Under the pieces are notes generated by a model, which did not search any database, was not told the DNA's origin, and saw nothing but the letters and a program-made list of their open reading frames with translations. A stretch of DNA of 32,000 bases from Geobacter metallireducens GS-15 (lineage in GTDB: Bacteria; Desulfobacterota; Desulfuromonadia; Geobacterales; Geobacteraceae), in contig NC_007517.1 in the NCBI RefSeq assembly GCF_000012925.1, forward strand, positions 60,001 through 92,000. The letters are read 5' to 3'. Shown one piece after another: positions 28,506-32,000 of this stretch. The stretch's first letter is position 1; each line of letters begins with the position of its first letter. The translations under genes and the position numbers were made by a program.

Positions 28506-29542
28506 GGTTTCACGAGGGCCTTGAGCTTCGCCGTGTAATCGCCGGTAATCACCCCCTTCTCGGTGATGATGCCGGCGATGTAGCGGGCCGGCGTCACGTC
28601 GAAGGCGGGATTGCGGACCGCGATCCCCTCCGGCGCCACGGGAAGCCCCTGGAGGTGGGTCACCTCCCGGGCGTGGCGCTCCTCGATGGGGATCTGGTCG
28701 CCGTTTTCGAGCGACAGGTCGAGGGTGGAGGTGGGGGCCGCCACGTAGAAGGGGATGTTGTTTTCCTTGGCCAGAACCGCCACGCTGTAGGTGCCGATCT
28801 TGTTGGCCGTGTCGCCGTTGGCCGCGATCCGGTCGGCTCCCACCACGCAGCAGGTGATCTCGCCCCGCTTCATGAAGAAGCCGGCCATGTTGTCGGAAAT
28901 GAGGGTCACGGGGATGCCGTCCTTCATGAGCTCCCACGCCGTGAGCCGCGCCCCCTGGAGCCAGGGGCGGGTCTCGTCGGCGAAGACCTGGATGTTCTTC
29001 CCCGCCTCGTGGGCCGCCCGGATGACCCCCAGGGCCGTACCGTAGCCGGCCGTGGCAAGGCCGCCGGCGTTGCAGTGGGTGAGTACCGTGGCCCCCTCGG
29101 GGATCAGGCCGGCGCCGTGGCGGCCGATGGCCTTGCAGAGCGCCAGATCCTCCTCCTCGATGCGGATCGCCTCGGCCTTGAGGACTTCGCGCACCTCGTC
29201 CAGGGAACCGCCGCAGTTATCGGCGGCCACCCGTTTCATACGCTCGATGGCCCAGAAGAGGTTCACGGCCGTGGGGCGGGTGCGGGCCAGGACGTCGCAG
29301 ACGTTATCCAGCTGCCGCAGGAACGACTCGTGGGTATCCGCGATGATCTCCCTGGCCCCCAGGGCCACACCCATGGCCGCCGCCACCCCGATGGCCGGCG
29401 CCCCCCGGATGATCATCCCCCGGATCGCCTCGGCCACACTCTTGTAGTCGCCGTACTCGCAGTAGACCTCTTCGCCCGGAAGCCGGGTCTGGTCGATCAT
29501 TATTACCTTGTCGTCGCGCCATTCGATAGTTCTAAAGGACAT
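28502..29542 (-). CDS. mtnA: S-methyl-5-thioribose-1-phosphate isomerase
   Basis: [18 protein letters not shown]-terminus, eIF-2B-like fold motifs, [18 protein letters not shown]. Confidence 0.9.
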   Translation of the reverse strand: MSFRTIEWRDDKVIMIDQTRLPGEEVYCEYGDYKSVAEAIRGMIIRGAPAIGVAAAMGVALGAREIIADTHESFLRQLDNVCDVLARTRPTAVNLFWAIERMKRVAADNCGGSLDEVREVLKAEAIRIEEEDLALCKAIGRHGAGLIPEGATVLTHCNAGGLATAGYGTALGVIRAAHEAGKNIQVFADETRPWLQGARLTAWELMKDGIPVTLISDNMAGFFMKRGEITCCVVGADRIAANGDTANKIGTYSVAVLAKENNIPFYVAAPTSTLDLSLENGDQIPIEERHAREVTHLQGLPVAPEGIAVRNPAFDVTPARYIAGIITEKGVITGDYTAKLKALVKP

Positions 29543-29562
29543 AAATAACCCTCACAATCTGC

Positions 29563-29586
29563 CACAGAGACACGGAGACACAGAGA
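29563..29586. repeat. Three tandem octamers (CACAGAGA CACGGAGA CACAGAGA), same family as the arms at 5716-5800
   Basis: Read directly in the 59-nt gatB-mtnA spacer. Confidence 0.6.
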
Positions 29587-29601
29587 ACAGCAAGTTGAAT
29601 C

Positions 29602-31041
29602 TCACCCCTTGAGCTTCTTCAGTAACAGCTCGTTCACCACCGCCGGGTTCGCCTTCCCCTTGGAGGCCCGCATCACCTGCCCCACGAAGAAGCCGAAGAC
29701 CTTCTCCTTGCCGCCGCGGAACTCCTCCACCTGCCCCATGTTGGCGGCCATGATCTCGTCGATGATCTTCTCGATGGCGCCGGTGTCGGAGACCTGGACG
29801 AGCCCCTTCTCCTCCACGATGGCCTCGGGGGCCTTGTCGTTCGTCCACATCTCGTCGAAGACGGTCTTGGCGATTTTGCCCGAGATGGTCCCCTTCTCGA
29901 TGAGCTGGAGCAGGGCCGTGAGGCGCTCCGGCGTCACCGGGCAGTCGGCGATTCCCGTGCCCGCCTCGTTGAGGGAGCGAGTCACCTCACCCATCACCCA
30001 GTTGGCGGCCCCCTTGGCCGGGGCGCCGGCGGCGAGGCACGCTTCGAAGTACTCGGCCATTTCCCGCGTCGCGGTCAGGACCTCGGCGTCGTAGTCGGAA
30101 AGCCCCAAGTCGGAGCGGTAGCGATTGCGCCGGGCCTCGGGGAGTTCGGGGAGCGACAGGGCCACGTCGGCCACCCAGTCGTTGGAGATGACGAGCGGCA
30201 CGAGATCGGGATCGGGGAAGTAGCGGTAGTCGTGGGCCTCCTCCTTGCCGCGCATGGAGCGGGTTTCGCCGCTGTCCGGGTTGAAGAGGCGGGTCTCCTG
30301 GACCACCTTCCCCCCCTCCTCGATGAGCTCGATCTGCCGCTCGATCTCGTACTCGATGGCCTGTTTCACGAAGCGGAAGGAGTTGACGTTCTTGGTCTCG
30401 GTGCGGGTCCCGAAAGTCGTGGAGCCCACCGGCATCACCGACACGTTGGCGTCGCAGCGGAAGCTCCCCTCCTCCATGTTCCCGTCGCAGATGCCGAGGT
30501 AGACCACGATCTGATGGAGCTTCTTCAGGTAGGCCACCGCTTCGTCGGCGCTGCGGATGTCCGGCTCCGACACGATTTCCAGGAGCGGCGTGCAGGCCCG
30601 GTTCAGGTCCACCCCGGAGCCGCTTCCCAGGCCGGGGATGTCGCTGTGGACCAGCTTGCCGGCGTCCTCCTCCATGTGGATGCGGGTGATGCCGATCCGC
30701 TTAGTCTCACCCTCCACCTCGATGTCCAGGTGGCCGTTCTGGCAGATGGGGAGTTCGAACTGGCTGATCTGGTACCCCTTGGGGAGGTCCGGGTAGAAGT
30801 AGTTCTTCCGGGCGAAGACGCTGCGCGGCGCGATCCGGCAGTTGGTGGCGAGACCGGCCTTGATGGCGAACTCCACCACCTTCCGGTTCAGGACCGGCAG
30901 GGCGCCGGGCATCCCGAGGCAGACCGGGCAGGTCTGGGAGTTGGGGCTGGCACCGAACTGGGTGGAGCAGCCGCAGAAGATCTTGGTGTCGGTTTTCAGC
31001 TGGACGTGGACTTCAAGGCCGATGACGGCTTGGTAGTTCAT
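29602..31041 (-). CDS. gatB: Aspartyl/glutamyl-tRNA amidotransferase subunit B
   Basis: [26 protein letters not shown]-terminus and a C-terminal GatB/YqeY domain. Confidence 0.95.
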
Positions 31042-31102
31042 TCGGTTTCTCCTGGTTCAGGGAGTTCGGATAGTAGCTTTTTCTGTTTTTTCTCCAACTT
31101 CT

Positions 31103-31474
31103 TTATGCTGTCGGCAACCGGCAATAGGTCTGGCCAAGGGCGACGATTTCTTTGCTGGGGTCGGCATTTTGAACGATCAAATAACAGGCGTAGCGGGATA
31201 GAAATACCGATTTTACCTGGCGTTTCGCGCCACTGCCGAGATCGACCATTTCGGTGACGTCAACGAAATGGTCATCTATCCGCTGGCCGCTGTTGAAGCA
31301 GGCGGTACGTGCCTTGGTGACTACCTGCTCGAAGTTGCGATAGTCAGCATAATCCAGAATCTGGGCAAAATCGCGGCTTGACCAGAATTCACTGCCCGCG
31401 TCATTGGTGCGTTTGATCTGCTCGAAGGGAGAGACGTGTTTACCGGCAATGTCTTTCGATAATCGTTTGCTCAT
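31103..31474 (-). pseudogene. N-terminal fragment (about 123 codons) of a DinD-like (DNA-damage-inducible protein D, Bro-N-related) gene
   Basis: SPFEQIKRTNDAGSEFWSSRDFAQILDY...IDDHFVDV...LSRYACYLIVQNADP...ALGQTY then stops. Full-length DinD continues about 150 aa past this point. GC is visibly lower than in the flanks. The ATG at 31474 follows GGTGAGGG. Confidence 0.7.
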
Positions 31475-31512
31475 TTCAGAGCCCTCACCATTCCCGCCTT
31501 TTGTGATCGCCC

Positions 31513-32000
31513 CTATATCCCGGCCTTTTGCGTATGCCACGCCGTGGCCTGCTCGAAGGCGTGGGCGGCGCGCAGTATGGTTTCCTCCCCGAAGGGGCGG
31601 CCGATGAGCTGGAGGCCGATGGGGAGTCCGGCGCCGCTCATCCCGGCGGGGACGGAGACGGCGCAGGTGCCGGCCAGGTTCACGGGGATGGTGAAGATGT
31701 CCGACAGGTACATCCGGAGCGGATCGCTCGTCTTCTCGCCGATTTTGAAGGCCGGGGTCGGGGCCACGGGGGTGAGGATGGCGTCCACGGCCTCGAAGGC
31801 CTTGAGGAAGTCCTGCATGATGAGGGTGCGGACTTTCTGGGCCTTCAGGTAGTAGGCGTCGTAGTAGCCGGAGGAGAGGGCATAGGTGCCGATCATGATC
31901 CGCCGCTTCACCTCGTCTCCGAACCCTTCGGAGCGGGTCTTGCGGAACATGTCGATAAGGTTTGCGGCCCCTTCCGTCCGGTGACCGAAGCGGACCCCCT
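31513..32000 (-). CDS. gatA: Aspartyl/glutamyl-tRNA amidotransferase subunit A, C-terminal part (5' end off-window)
   Basis: Frame is open to the window edge. Contains [19 protein letters not shown] and [13 protein letters not shown]...[10 protein letters not shown], the amidase-signature C-terminal region. Confidence 0.92.
   Translation of the reverse strand, partial: GVRFGHRTEGAANLIDMFRKTRSEGFGDEVKRRIMIGTYALSSGYYDAYYLKAQKVRTLIMQDFLKAFEAVDAILTPVAPTPAFKIGEKTSDPLRMYLSDIFTIPVNLAGTCAVSVPAGMSGAGLPIGLQLIGRPFGEETILRAAHAFEQATAWHTQKAGI

Noticed and set aside
28506-28937. N-terminal 144-aa extension of the glnE ORF, and the analogous 116-aa extension of the EndoIII-like ORF at 25315-25662.
   Set aside because: Both extensions run out of frame through the well-supported upstream genes (mtnA, glnE) and are R/G/P-rich nonsense. 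Internal ATGs that overlap the upstream stop codons give proteins with normal N-termini.
31042-31110. Possibility that the DinD-like ORF merely has a frameshift and continues in another frame.
   Set aside because: The alternative frame gives IAGCRQHKEVGEKTEKATIRTP and stops within about 22 codons. It does not resemble the expected FAxQTRxQE continuation, and only about 60 nt remain before gatB.

Overview
GC-rich chromosomal segment whose gene content and order look Geobacter/Desulfuromonadales-like (taxonomy is inference). Most of it is intact housekeeping coding sequence: rluD-type pseudouridine synthase, two NUDIX hydrolases, cysS, glnS, ispF, ispD, selA, a GntR regulator, an RCK-gated channel, cls, rsmB, rpe, a response-regulator diguanylate cyclase, an EndoIII-like glycosylase, glnE, mtnA, gatB and partial gatA. 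No rRNA, tRNA or CRISPR array was recognised. There are four non-housekeeping parts. (1) The left edge has the 3' part of an IS110-family element next to a short repeat, followed by a degraded GGDEF gene. (2) 2.7-7.5 kb holds a translationally coupled AAA_5/MoxR-like ATPase and lone M16 peptidase, flanked by a zinc-ribbon/Tudor-like protein and a secreted transglutaminase-like protein. (3) 7.6-10.7 kb is my best candidate for an undescribed system. It encodes a sigma54 activator whose sensor resembles an [FeFe]-hydrogenase H-domain. Four copies of an 18-bp palindromic motif surround it, a near-consensus sigma54 promoter drives a 63-aa ribbon-helix-helix protein, and a promoter-plus-terminator unit upstream could be a small RNA. 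(4) A lower-GC DinD (Bro-N-like) gene fragment sits between gatA and gatB. All functional calls rest on motifs read by eye; no database search was run.
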